Shown here one piece after another: positions 37,112-50,878 of a stretch of DNA of 64,000 nucleotides (positions within the stretch are counted from its first letter, which is position 1; each line of letters opens with the position of its first letter). Origin of the DNA: Enoplolaimus lenunculus (Eukaryota); contig JASANG010000245.1 of NCBI GenBank assembly GCA_030248215.1, forward strand, positions 186,001 to 250,000, read 5' to 3'. The position numbers were made by a program, and so were the translations under genes. The notes under the pieces were generated by a model. It was not told the origin of the DNA. It saw nothing but the letters and a program-made list of their open reading frames with translations, and did not search any database.

Positions 37112-40100
37112 TAGTGCTGAATGAAAGCTGTGTTTAGTATCGATTTGTGCTAAAATTTATTTTATGTGTCATTGTATGGTTTGTGGACTAATTCTGCGAT
37201 ATGTTCCTTATTGTCTTAATTTTATTTTATTAATTAAAGCTTGAAAGAAATTTTAAACCATTTTTGGTTTATCAGGCTGACACTGGCTGTCTTGTAAAAG
37301 GATTCAATGGGTGAAATGTGCGTAATTCTTCTAGGGTTTAGTCTTTGCCACGCATTGTAAAAAGTTTTCGTTTTCAAATAGTCCGAAGTAATTCCAGTGA
37401 CGTTTTCTACATTAATGTGTCATGTGCTGAATATCCACAAACCACTGTTTATGTATTGTTATGTATACAGTAGTTGTAGTAGTCAATGGCATTGTGGTTG
37501 GCAGGTAGCAGTTTTACTCAAGTAATTGTGGTATTGTGAATATTATATTAATGTCGTGTTAGCAAACCGTGTATTTATTTGTTGTCCAGATCTTGTCTCA
37601 GGCGAGCCGGTTGTTCAACATCAAATTTTAATATAATAGTTCACCAGTGTCCAGTAGTGATGTTGCAGCTGCTAACAGTTGTCTACAAATTGCTCTAACT
37701 TTTACTTTCACAAGCAAATTTGACCCGAGTAATCCCGAGATTTTGAGATCAAGGCAGGTATTTTTTCTTATAGATTGGAAGTTAGTATGTTAAGTATCAC
37801 ATTACAGCTTCTCAAATTCCAATTTTCGGTTTTGGATCGAAACACTGGCTTTAGCTATTTATACTGTTGTGTTTATGTCATTCCATTTTTTGCATAATAT
37901 TGTCAGCATTCAACATTCATTCCTTAACATTTTAACTAACTATCCGGGTGTGTTTTGTTTTCAGTACAAAGTCGATACGTAATTATTGTGAAAACTTATT
38001 TCATATGGTCATTTTACGCAAGTCACTTCCTCAGCAAAATGAGAATGGTAGAATAACCTCGGTCGGTGTAAGTATATCTTTATAATTTCTAATCATTCCT
38101 TTCATTGCTGATGCGTTAGGGTTAATTATATGGCTAATTGTTCCCTTTGCCCAAAACGATATCATGACGTGTGCCTTTTAGTATAATCTATAGAGTGACT
38201 ATTGCATTTTATTTGGAACACAATTCGCCTAACTTAATTGAATTTTAAGTTTCTAGTCAACAGATTGTTGCGGAAAATTATTTTACAAAGCTGTTACGTT
38301 TTATATCTTATAATGGACGATATTGAATCGTTTGACTTGTCACTTGTCTTTCACTGTTATTGTTTATAATAACACGGAAATGTATGGAGCACCATGTCCA
38401 TGTACCATAGCATCACGGAGCAACCTGAATTCCAGTTCTACTTCCGGCATATTTTCACTTTAAGGTTCCGGTAAATGTTTACCGGAATTAAAAATTTCGC
38501 TATTAAATTTTGGTCGTTGGAAATTAAGATATGTTACTAAAAATGACGATAAGAATTAAACAGATTTTATGAGTGTAGTATGTAAACTTGGGCAATCGCC
38601 GAAAGTAAACCATCGAAGGTATATTTCGCTACCGCAGATTGTGAAAATCTAAAATACAGCAGATAAAGTGAATACCTATCTCCTACTAGGGTTATTTCAA
38701 ATTTATTTTAGGTGGCATACGTTTTTCGGTTCCGCTTCCGGTAATTTTTTAAAATTGCAATTCCGGTTGCACCCTGCATAGCATTTAAGTTGTTTAATCG
38801 CAGTATTTGAATAATGTTAATAAGGGTCTTGTTTAGCTTACAAATTGTTATGATGAGCCAGAAATGTTAAATTTCTAGCAATAGAAACCCAATGTTTATT
38901 TTAGCTGTGACAAAGTTATTATGTATACTCTTATTTTTCTTGCGTTTGCAATATTATAAATAAGCATGAAACATTAACACCTCGTTTGATGATTAAATCT
39001 GATCCGCACAAGTCACAGGTGTTACATTCTCAAAAATTCATGTTCTCGGTTCTAAATTTGAAAAACGGTCGATAACGTCGAGGTGCTGATATTAAAATTT
39101 GCTGCTTATAAGTGTGGTCTTTTGAAGAATTTTCTTTTCTATTTCGGTTTGTGAAAATTCGTATTTTATGCAATACCGTGGAATTGCTATTCTATTTTGT
39201 ACAGTTGAATCCAACTATTGTGTAGTGCGCCAAATATGTTCGTTGTGGTATGGTATGTATGTTTCGTCTTGTAATGTTATTAAATCTTGTTTTTGTTCGT
39301 TTGTTTCAAGCGTGTTAAACTACTACTTTGTGCTGATCTGGAACAGAAACTGATTTCGTTGCTATAGGTTCTGTCAACCATGATTCGTGAAAATTAGTAT
39401 TTTGGGCTTTTAAGTTGCATAACAAACTGACGTTAAGATAGCGATAGGTTTGATGGCCCATGTATAGATCAGAACCGGATCGTTTTCCGGAGGGGCTATA
39501 ATAGAGTCAGTTTAAGCTTTCGACTAATTTTTTGCTTAGGAATTGGCTCATCCATACGCTTAGGAATATACTTGTACTACTGTTCCGGCCCTGTTCTATA
39601 CATGGACCGGTTTGATTTCGGTTGCGCAATTTTTCTGTTTCGGAGGGTGCAGTCCCAAAATATTCCAAAAAATAAGTGATGTACGCTACCTTAAAATTTT
39701 CCCTCAGAAATTTTTTGTAATTTTGGTGGTAAAATGACAAGGTCTCTTCCCTACCATGCTATTTTTCCACCTCAAAATTTTTGGTGATTCCAAATCCAAC
39801 GCCGGTCGTCGCAATGTAGTCACCGGTTAATTATACATACGGCAGTGTGTAAACCGGATATCCGTTTCCGATAAAAATCTATCGGTTTCTGTTATAGAAG
39901 TATCGGAAACGTCATTTTTACGTACAAAATTAGTTATAATTGACATGTATATATCTCGCATTTTTGTTACAGATATGCTGCAATTTTAAATATTAATTAC
40001 GAAATTTATCCAAAATCTTAAAATTTTGATGCGTCGGCCATTTTTTCTTTGAAAACATTGAAATTATTAATAATGTTTTGATGCCACCATTACTCTGAAA

Positions 40101-40641
40101 TCAGTCTCAAAGCCAATTGCAGAAGTGTGGCCAACCGACATATCCCGCCAAAAGCAAAGAGAATCAAACTTGATTTGAAGAATGTCCTCATGTTAACGAT
40201 TTGTATACAAGCTATTTACACGGCCAATAAAAATATAGGCTCTGGCATATGGAACTGCGCTGCGATTGGATTGTATATTATTGAATCTGTTTTAAATTAC
40301 GAATATAGCCAATATCGATAAATTGATATATTATACACTGTAAATTGCAGTGAGTTGATTTTAACTCAGAGTGAGTTGAATTACTCATTTGAGTTAGGAC
40401 GGCCAATGTAGAACATGGCCGTAACAATTGTATTAGCATATTCCTAAGCCTAAGCCTATACAGAACAGTTAGTCTAAAGCTTAAAATCACGATGCAATTG
40501 GTTATTTTTTTTCGCGGATCCTGTGGAAGGTCCGATACCAAGATCTCTCTTGATCTGCCCTTGACTATGTTTTGTATTTTTTGGTCATTCTAAAGTTCAA
40601 TATATAGCGCTAGAATTTAAACAGTTCCGAATTCTATAAAT

Positions 40642-43600
40642 ATGAGCAGTTTCGCTTCTGGTGATGGCAGTAGCTCGTCTGAAATTATTGAAATTGATGG
40701 CAGCGTAATGGAAGGCGTAAGTCATTTTTTGTTATCTTTGTGTTTACACCGTATTCTAGCTTAGGGATTCATTTTATGTCAGCGCCGTTGTTTTTAGCTA
40801 GACTTACTAGTACGTTGTAGATTTTTAATGAGATTTTGGGTAATATAACGTAAAGCTTGTGGGTTTTAAGCAAAAAATCGTATGTTTCTGTATTTTTTCT
40901 ACGTTTCATACTGGTAGCTACCACGTGAGAATCAGGCAAATGACCAGATTGACATACAAGAGGGAAATTAGTAGGGGTATACAGTTGATTTCGCAAGACT
41001 TATAAGCGGAATAAAACAATTCTAGGGGTGCGGACAGTTCCAGAGTGGACGGAACCCGTCTGGCTATGGGTCCGGTGCAGATGTCATTAAAGCAGTAATT
41101 GGTTAATGATTTTATGGTTTTTAACTGAACCATGTTATATTGCATCCATTTTGGCTGCAAATTACATGCTGATTCTTGTATATAAGTTATTAGTTTTTCA
41201 GGGCGGGCAGATACTGCGAATAGCAACCGTATTCAGTGCTTTACTAAAGAAACCTATTCGTGTTTGTAATATTCGTGGTGGTCGGACGAAACCAGGTCTT
41301 AGGTAATCGTTTAGAGATGTGTTGAGTAGAGTAGGTTTTAGTGATATTCGACGTAGTTTGCGTAGTTCAAATTAAAATCTAAGCTAATTTTTTTGGCTAT
41401 CTTATCCAGACAAGGCTATAGAATAAATAATTATTTGGAGGTTATGGAAAGTTTATATCTGCGAAAATGTTCAAAATTGAATAATTTTTGGTCAAATTTC
41501 AACTACAGAGTGCATAATCGAAAAAAATTCGATTTGATACAGTTTAGGCTTGCCGCAACTTCTGTCTAAAGGAAAAATTTAGCCACGACAAAGTTCTTGT
41601 GCATACTTTTCCCTCGCCCACTAACGCGAATGCTTAGATTTTTGTGAGAAATGGCTGAGGCAAAGGCTTAGGCCGAGGTATATCGTTTTTTCCTAAGGCT
41701 AAACCTAATTCTAAGCTTAAGCCTTGGTGTAAATGTGGGTGTAGTGTGCAAAAGTCATAGACAATTGATTCAAGCTTACGGGAATGAAATAGCTGACCTA
41801 TTTTATATATAGTAAATTCAAATATAATCAAAAATTAGCATTTTACCAATTTTAGACCGCAGCATCTCGCTGGTTTACAGTTGGTTGGCGACTTGTGTGC
41901 TGGCGATTTGAAGGGCGACAAAGTTGGTTCAACTGAAATAGTATTTTCACCTGGTGCGATTACTGGCGGCTCGTTTGTAGCGGATACCGGTACTGCGGGG
42001 TAAATTAGTAAATTTTGTGGAGCGGCAGTGTATTATTTTCTCTATATGATCTAATATGAAATATATGTTATACGTATAGTCACGGCGGTCCCAGTAGGAG
42101 CAAGGGCACAGCTGTCCGACCCCCGCGAAATGTTTTATATGCAGCTAATTTTAAGAAGCAATAATGGAAAAATTAAAAAATCATACTCTAGTTGCAAAAA
42201 GATAGAGGCCCGTTCCCTTTTGAAAAAATTTCTGGGACCTGTCAGTGCATGGAGTGTATAGGCTTTACTGTTGTAGGATGGTGTTATACTCGCCGCTCTG
42301 CGTCGCAGATCCCTGCGACCGCCGCTCGTTATTTCTAAAATGATTTTTATAAAACAAGCGGTATTTTGCGGTGCTGATCGCGTCACATAAAAGTATAGCG
42401 CCACCGTTACAGTAATATGTCACAACCATATGATGGGGTCGGATTGAATAATTAGTGCTTACGGTGTGCTTTTTTCATTCCTCGTTTTAATTCACCGTAA
42501 TTTACATATAATATATATTGTAAGTTGTCACGAAAGTATCGGCCCATGTAAAGATCATGGGCGGAACGTTTTTCTGTGGGACTGCAATAGAGTAAGCTTA
42601 AGGTTTAGACTAATTTTTTGCCGACTTAGGATTAGGTTTAGGAATAAACGCATTCTTGCGCTTAGGCTTAGACTTAGGCTTAGGAGTATACTTATAATAC
42701 TGTTCCGCCCCTGTTGTTTACAATGGAAAAAACACCAATGGACCTCTGTAGTTCTTGGAAATAATTTTGGTTATTTTGTGCTACGGTATATTGATTTTTA
42801 GGAGCATTACTCTACTGCTTCAAGTTTCACTCCCTATAGTTTTATTTGCTCCGGCGGTCGAGACACACATTACGTATCGTGGTGGTACCAATGTTGATTT
42901 TGCACCGCAAATTGATTACTTCATGGATGTATTCAGACCAACTATCGCTAAATCTGGCGTTGTGTTCAACTGTGATATTGTCAGAAGGTATGCTAACCAG
43001 TTTAGTTGCATTTAACCGCTGTTAGTTGTTATATAATAAGGTTTCTAGTCATTCTCGTTCTAATCGGTCTTGCTAAAATAGATTTTTGTGGGGAATTTTT
43101 GGGCATATTTTGGCGTTTCATAAGCTGGGTAATCTTTTATACCTTGCACACTGTTGTTTTTACACTGTTAATATGACAGCTCGGTTTTGTGTAACCAATT
43201 GAACTGTCACAGGTTATTTATTTGTAAATCCTGTAAAACCGATTTTCGCGAACGGTTTGATGTACGTAGAAAATGCAATGACTATCGTATCGTTTAGCAT
43301 ATTTAATTCTTGTTTACGTAACATATGCTATTTTATATAATTCGCATAGGCCAACAGTCATTTGCTTTATGCCATTATAATTATGGCCAATGTTACTTTA
43401 AGGGGTGTAACAGTAGATGAAGCGTATTCCTAAGCCACGACTAAGTCTAAGCGTTGCAAAAATGTGTTCCGAAGTCTAAGCCTAAGCATGAGCAAAAAAA
43501 TAATCTAGAATCTAAACCTACTCTTTTATGGAACAACCAGAAACCTGGACGCCCCATCATAGTTTGCTACTTCGTTATATATTCTGTTCAATAATGTCAA

Positions 43601-46600
43601 TTTATATGAGCAAAAAATGTAATCTAGAATCTAAACCTACTCTTTTATGGAACAACCAGCAACTTGGACGCCCTTTAAAGTAACATGGGCCATAATTATT
43701 AACAAGAAAATTCATCCAATGTTTCAAGTTTTAGAGGTTATTTTCCAAAAGGCGGAGGTGAAGTGGTCCTGCATTCAAAACCGATCAAAACAATTGAGCC
43801 GATAATACTGGTCGATCGTGGAACAGTTGAGAAAATCGAAGGACGTTCTTGGGTGGCTGGACGTTTTCCCGTTAAGGTATCGCTTTCAGATTTGCATTAT
43901 TTACTCGAAGTATATATAGACTATGGGACTTAAGTCAATAAATAATATTCAGTTGGATTTTTGTGGAATAAAAGTATTGTTATTGGAACAGCGTTTTGAA
44001 TTTGAACGTGAAAACCAAAGTGAGCGTTACCAGAACCACGGAGTGCAACGAGATTTCTGTTTCCAGTTGAAATCGGTGCCCATTTTCGTTCAACAAATAC
44101 ACGAAATTCTGTTGTTTGTATTCGCTCATAGCGAGCTGGAAATCGGCGAAGTAATCATTGCATTTTTGGCCCTTGTTACTTCAAGGGGCGTCCAGGTTTC
44201 TGGTGGGTTCATAAAAGAGTAGATTTAGTTGCTAGATTACATTTTTTGCTTAGGCTTAGGCTTATGAAAACATTTTTGCAACGATTAGATTTAGGCTTAG
44301 GCTTAGGAATACGCTTAATCTGCTGTTACGCCCCTTAAAGTAACATTGACCGCATTTTTAAATATAGGTTGTAGCAATTCTTTCATTTGAGATAAAAATC
44401 AGCAAATATTATCTTAGTTCAATAAATTTTAAGTGCATTTTGTTAGTAAATATTTGCATGATACCTATTTAACTTCAGTATGTATTGCAGGTTGCACATG
44501 AGCAGGCAAGGTCGGCTAAACTGTCAATAGCAAAAGAGTTGTCTGCTGATATAGTAAATATTACAAGTGTTAAAGAAGATGATAGAGCCGCTATTGGGAC
44601 TGGCAGTGGTATTGTTCTGCGTGCTGAAACTTCAAGCGGATGCGTTATAGGAGGATCTGCATTAAATAGCAAACAGGGTAAGGATTTGTTTACCCGGCCC
44701 GTGCTGTACTCACGCAAACAGGAATTTTTTACCGGCGGGTATACCCGAGCAAAAACGATCTACCAACGACCCACGTTTTACCCGAGTCTGAAGTTAAACA
44801 AGGATTTTAAAGATCACCGCTGAATCGCGTTTTAATGAAGTTTTGCGATGAAGCTTCAATAAATTTTACAAATGACATTTTACTAGAAACAATAAAATTT
44901 CAAACCCCACTAAATAATGTGCGCGCAGCAACTGACCAGGTAATAAAACAGGCAATAGCGTAGGTTTTCCACTTGAAAACTTAAAAGTTTACCGCGGGTA
45001 AAAACTGTCAATTTTTGACCCGCGTGCTACAAATCTTTATACCCACGGGTATACCCGCGCCCGAAATTTTTTACCCGACCCGCGGGTAATGTCCCAAAAG
45101 GTTAGTAGTTTTTAAAGTTAAGTACAGGAAACCAGTCATATAAAACAATGATGCCATGTGAAGTAATGTATATTGCTGCCAGAATTGTTGCAGTTTGCTT
45201 TACTGTCTTAATTTTCATTATTAATCGCATAGGCACACGGACAGATAATCAGCATGTACTCTGGATTGTAGGCTTTTATTCAGATATACTTATTTAGTTG
45301 TAGAAAAGGTCTACCGATATAGCGATGTATTATAAAATGGTAAGCTTGCAAAAATAAAAGATTAGTATGGTGTTGAATATTTTTGCATACTGTGACAGTA
45401 GCTGATATTGTGCTTGTTTCGCTGTAGTATATTTATCTTGAAAATCTGCGATTATATCGAACAGATTAATTCCTACGATTCACAGGAACCAGTGGAGAAA
45501 CCGTTGGCAACGCAGCAGCGTCAATGTTACTGGAGTGCTTAAAGCAGAATGCGTGCGTGGATGAATATTTGCAAGATCAGGTTGTCATTAATTTTATGTT
45601 ATATACAGGGTGCAACCGGAATTACAATTTACCGGAACCGGAAATTGAAAACATTACCGGAAACGGAACTGGAAAATGAAAAATACATGCCACCGAAAAA
45701 TTAATTGCAATTTTCTTTTTTTGGCAATATTATTGGTGAAATAACACTAGCTGGAGATAGGTACATATTCACTTTGTCTTTTGTATTTTAGATTTTCGTA
45801 ATACACGGAAGCGCAGTTTACCTTCGATGGTTTATTTTCGGTGATTGTTAAGGTTTATATACTATACGAATGAAATTACTTAATTTTTATCGACATTTAT
45901 TACTAAACAATTTTATTTTCCACCGACCAAAATTTAATCCCGGAACTTTCAATTCCGGTAAAAAATACCGGAACCGGAAGGTCAAGAGTTGACGGAACCG
46001 GAATTCCGGTTGCACCCTGGTTATATATAATAATGTTGTTGGCCAATCTGCTATTGTATGTATATAATAGTAGTTTGGCTTAAGCTAAACCGCTAATGAG
46101 CTTATAGACCAGCAGATTTTATTATTTGGTCAAACTCAGTACCGATAACAAATCCGCGTCCGGTTTACATCATTGTAGTTCTTTTGCTACATATCGCTAT
46201 ATTTAGCCTGTTCCAAATTGCTACTTCACTGGCGTAATTGTTAGGTGGCGTAATTGTTAGGTGGCCTGGGGTCTTAAGTGCTGCCCGCAACAATTTTGCT
46301 CCGAAACATTTTTGTGATATTTTTGTCAGGCGGTACTAAAAATATGTATGGATTATAGCTCGCTTCGCTTTTTGTCTGCTTTACTATCCATGTTTAGATT
46401 TTCTAATGGGTGTATTACTATGTAATACTAAAATTGCATTTGCCGTCTCAGTCACTTTCTGATAAGAATTAAATAGCACTTTTGAGTAAGTCAGAAATCG
46501 ACACTAAAAGCTAACTGGAGAGGGAATGAATGGTTCGGCTAGCGTCAAAATGCTCAACCAGGATCTAATGGCCCGATGTTGAGTAGGTTTTTATAGTCGT

Positions 46601-48021
46601 TTTTGTTCAATTTAAGCTGTAGTTGTATGTCCCTTTTTTGAGATTATTGTGACACTGGCGGGAGGAATAATTATGCAAAAAGTATGGAGTTACTGTATAG
46701 TATGATGTAGGCTGAATAACATCCGCAATACAGCTTATAACATTCCCAATACAGCTTAATATATTTATTAGGTTATTGGTCTACAAGGACTTCCGTAGCT
46801 CCCAGCAAGTAGCGGTGCCAACTGTCAAATCGTTTTAAGTGGGACATGGAAGCGTACGGACTTTACAAGGTCTTATATAAGTAGGGTTGAACGTTTTCTA
46901 GGAGGCGAAAGTTTTTCAAGACGCACTGAGTCCATCTGACCCCCCTCGGAAAGCGTCCCATCTAAAATTATTTCCTACAATGTTAGTTCCATAATGCTAG
47001 TTAGCCCCCCTGCCCGTCAATATTGTTTTCAAAAATACACGTCTGTATTTTCGTATTTGTTCAGACACTATAGCAAATTGTCATTGGCCAATAAAGTAAT
47101 TGCCCTGAATTGCTGATTGGCTTACGACATATTGCACAACAGTATGACTACACATACAGCAAAGTGAAGATCATGTGTAGTAGTTCGATTTCAGTCCCGA
47201 GAAAATGAAACAGAATGCGTTTTCGTCTATTTTAGCTCATCGTGTTCATGGCATTGGCGTCTGGATCATCTCGTGTTCGCGCAGGACCGCTGACAATGCA
47301 TACAAAAACGGCAATCTATATTGCAGAGCTGATGACTGGGGTAAGTTTGTCTGCTATGTACTTTATGTGTCTGCAAATCGAGTAGAACAGAACGAAAGGC
47401 AACAACAGAATATTTTGTTTATAATTTGATCGTTGGAATTGTTTTTGGTTTATGTAAATTTTTAAATTTTGACTGATGGAATAGAAGGAACCCTTGGTGG
47501 TGGTCTTAGGAAACTGGTAGCCGTGATTGGCGTACTGAATGCTCTTCGTAGTACAATCAGGGTGTAAGTGTGTACACATTTTTTACCCACGCTGCGCTTT
47601 ATCCGTGGAAATTTTATTTTTGTGGGGATACCCGCGCGAAATTTGTTCATTCGTTACCCACCTTTACCCGCGCCAAATTTAATCGTTACCCACCTTTAGC
47701 TGTCCTATTATGTTTTCTTCTGCGTTTAATACAACTTATTTTTCGCTCATATGGTAAAAATGGTTGAAAAATTCACGTTTTTCTACATGATATGGTTTCA
47801 AGCTTCTGGTGAATATTATAGGCGAGTAAAGATTAAAAAAATTTTGCCCGACCTTTGAAATTTTTTAACCGCGGGTATACCCGTATGAAAATTTTCTTAC
47901 CCGGCAAGCGTTTACACGCTCTGAGCGGAGTAAGCAAGTTCACTTTATATTGTTATAGGTCAAATTCAATATTACAGCTGATTATGTGATCGAATGCGAA
48001 GGCCTTGGATATACGTCATAA
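40642..48021 (+). CDS. RTCA: RNA 3'-terminal phosphate cyclase, 9 exons, 365 aa
   Basis: Exons 40642-40716, 41202-41302, 41856-41999, 42802-42987, 43735-43876, 44491-44677, 45486-45580, 47236-47340, 47959-48021. Motifs: [66 protein letters not shown], and TMHTKT containing the catalytic His. Confidence 0.95.
45606..46019. mobile_element. hAT-type MITE in RTCA intron 7
   Basis: CAGGGTGCAACCGGAATT ... AATTCCGGTTGCACCCTG with a perfect 8-bp TSD GTTATATA on both sides. Relatives at about 38415-38776, 30391, 33717 and 35274. Confidence 0.9.
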
Positions 48022-48693
48022 AAAATATTGCTACAGCATTTGAAGATCTGGCATAAAGATATATATTTCCTTGTCAACCAGTTAAACGCTGTTATATCTA
48101 TATTAAACTCGTGCAGGTATTTCAATTCAAACATTAGGTTCAGATTAAATCATCTTAACTTACTCGGGTTAAAGGAATAGATTCGTATGAAGAAAGAATT
48201 TAAGAAAAACTATCTCTGTGCCAAGGTACAACCGGATGTCTGCTTCCGGATGAAAATCGAATTCCAGTTCCGGCTCTTGTAGTACTTCTGTTGAAGGTTC
48301 CGGTGTTGTAGCAAAAATCAGACCTCCGTCCGAATTTCACTATGAAAAATCAGACCCCAAAACTTGTGTTGTAGGAAATTTTTTTAAAATGTTTCCTTGA
48401 AAAAATCAGACTCGTGTGAACTTTACTACGAAAAATCAAACTCCTTTCACTGCTTGGACAATGTGTAGAATGCGGCCGTTGCAGTAGTGTAAGCATATTC
48501 CTAAACCGAAGCGTAAAAATGATTTATACCTATAAGCCTAAGCAAAATATAATCTAAGGTGTAAGCTTATTTTTTCGTCCGCGGTCCGTTTTTCCCACTT
48601 TCCCCTTTTTTTTTTTCTTTTTTTTCTTCTTTCTCTCTTATTTGGGGGGGGATGAGGAAGGTGCCTAATTAAAATATTTTTTTTTTGTGGGGG

Positions 48694-48737
<44 letters not shown>

Positions 48738-48941
48738 CCCCCCCCACATTTTTGGGCCCTTTTTTCTGGTTTTTTTTTTGCCGGGCGCCCGCGCCCCTTA
48801 TGTAATTTCCTCCTTTTTTTAACTTATTTTCTTTCTTTTTTTGACCTTTTTTTTTTAAGAAAGGAGACATTCCTCTTTTTTTTTTTCTTTTCCCGGTTTT
48901 AGTTTTTTTTTTTGGAGTTTATTTTACACAAAGACCTATTT

Positions 48942-48974
<33 letters not shown>

Positions 48975-49451
48975 TTTTAAATTAAAATAATATTTTTTAT
49001 TTTTTTTTCTTTTTTTTTTTTTTTTTTTTTAATTTTTTAAGCATTTTCGAAAAGTGTGATAGTTTTTGAAAGGATAAAAGATTTGGATTTGATTTGTTGC
49101 AAGAGACACATTTTAAAAACAATTGGGATGAGAGATTTTTGATAGAATTTTTTCACGCAATTTTAAAATATTCAGTCACAGTAAAAAAAAAAAAACCCAA
49201 CCCCTCCCCTCCCCCCCAGAAAAACGTTCCGGTTTTGATCTTTACATGGGCTTACAGCTTTAACAAAACTGATTTATGTTCACTTCGCCAGCTGCTGAAA
49301 TTTTTTTACAATTTTCCTCTTTGTCCAAATGAAATCTTTTGGAGCGCATGCAAACTGCATGCTTAAACGCTTTGCGATTGTCCACACTAAAGTGCAGCTA
49401 ACTTGTAATAACCCTTCGTTGTAACATATATACTTTTTAACACCAAACCGG

Positions 49452-49976
49452 TGTTGCAGCGTAATTTTCCCGGCTGGGGAGGGGAATTTTACGCTCGGCT
49501 GAATCCAAATCGGTGAGCGTAATTCCCTATCGCAATGTTCCCCCGGAAAGTGTGCGATACCGCTATTTTTCTCCGCGAAAACACAAAGTTAGCTCAAAAC
49601 CTTAACTTCGCACAGGTTTCCCCCGCGTGGTATTGCGCTTAGAAACGTTGCTCAACAGCAAAATATGTCGCGGATCGTATAAACCCATTTTAAATCCCAT
49701 AACTTCTTAACTTTCAGGGTATTGTCCAGCTGTAAGTATATACGTAAATTGTTGCAAGTGCAAAGACTTTGAGATGCGAAAGTTTTCGAATATTGCCGTT
49801 TCCTCCACATCGTATTAATTGTCAACGCGTGTGAGATTTTTCTCCATATAGCGTGCAACATTGTCTCGGTTTAGTCTTGTGAGGTAATTTTGTGACCCCT
49901 CACTGCATTAGATGTACTACGTTTGCGTCATTTTTCCGGCGGGAAATTACGCGAGGAAAATTTACGCTGCAACTAC
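49452..49976. mobile_element. MITE
   Basis: GTTGCAGCGTAATTTTCC ... GGAAAATTTACGCTGCAAC inverted termini. Confidence 0.65.
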
Positions 49977-50878
49977 CTAGCGTAGTCTTTCCAGGAGAAA
50001 ATGAATACGCTGTATTGTAAACTACTTACATGTAAAACAGCTTACTGTTGTTAAAATTAGCGAACAGAGCACCACTTTAGCTACCTAATTTCGCATCACG
50101 GTCAAGTTTAGTTGACTTCCGGCTCCGGTATGTTTTCCTCCGGTTGCACCGTGTCTTGTTCGCAACGGTACAAGACTCCGACAACCTCAAGCTCGGACAA
50201 ATGTCGCATAACAAACTAAGATGATCATTGTTTTAGGGCTTCGACTTAAAACAATTTGCAACAGTTCGAGTTCGGTAAATCTTATTAGTATATTATATAC
50301 GTGCTCATTTGAAAAACAACGTATTTATTAGCAACCACAGAAAACAAACTAAACCATAAACAATCGTTTTCCAAAAATTATCGTCTATTGATACGTACTA
50401 CCTGCAAACTATATTTGCAATCCACCTGTAAAGTCTTGTTTTCGATGTAACGTTTTCATAAAATTCCAGATATTACTTTTCTACGTCAAGCCACGTACCG
50501 AAGAGCCTACGACAAAAGGTCGATAATTACTAAAGTTGGTTGTTCTTGCTGATAACCAGCTTAGTAAACCAAAAAATGTACGAGAATGATTGCAAGAAAA
50601 AGTCCAAGTCTAAGCAGCGAAATTGAATGACACACGCTAAGCTTAATTTTTGCCGGAGGCATGGCCAGTTCAGCAACTTCATTTTAAACAGGGGCGGAAC
50701 AGTATTATAAGCATATTCCTAAAGCCTATGCGTATGAATGAGCATATTTCTAAAGCCTAAGCCAAGCAAAAAAGGTAGTTTAAAGCTTAAGCTTGCTCTT
50801 TTCTAGTCCAACAGAAAAACGTTCCACACCTCATCTTTAAATGGGGCCGCTGAGGTTAAGGAATGTCCTAAATAAGTT

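Noticed and set aside
38850..39002. TGATGA / CTGA motifs suggesting a C/D snoRNA
   Set aside because: Spacing and terminal stems do not fit, and such motifs are expected by chance in AT-rich DNA.
37111..40642. Possible SIGMAR1-like/RTCA operon
   Set aside because: Same strand but 3.5 kb apart; cannot be supported without SL2-type or polycistronic transcript data.
48590..49215. Poly-T/poly-C/G low-complexity block with Lys- and Phe-rich ORFs (48538-48870, 48687-48902)
   Set aside because: Homopolymer runs interrupt a TTAGGC MITE whose ends are at about 48455 and 49252. This looks like low-quality consensus or an assembly artifact, not coding sequence.
50850..50866. TTCCTTAAC followed by CTCAG on the minus strand just after the TTC4 stop
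   Set aside because: Only 5 nt to the AG, located in the 3' UTR, and no matching U12 donor.
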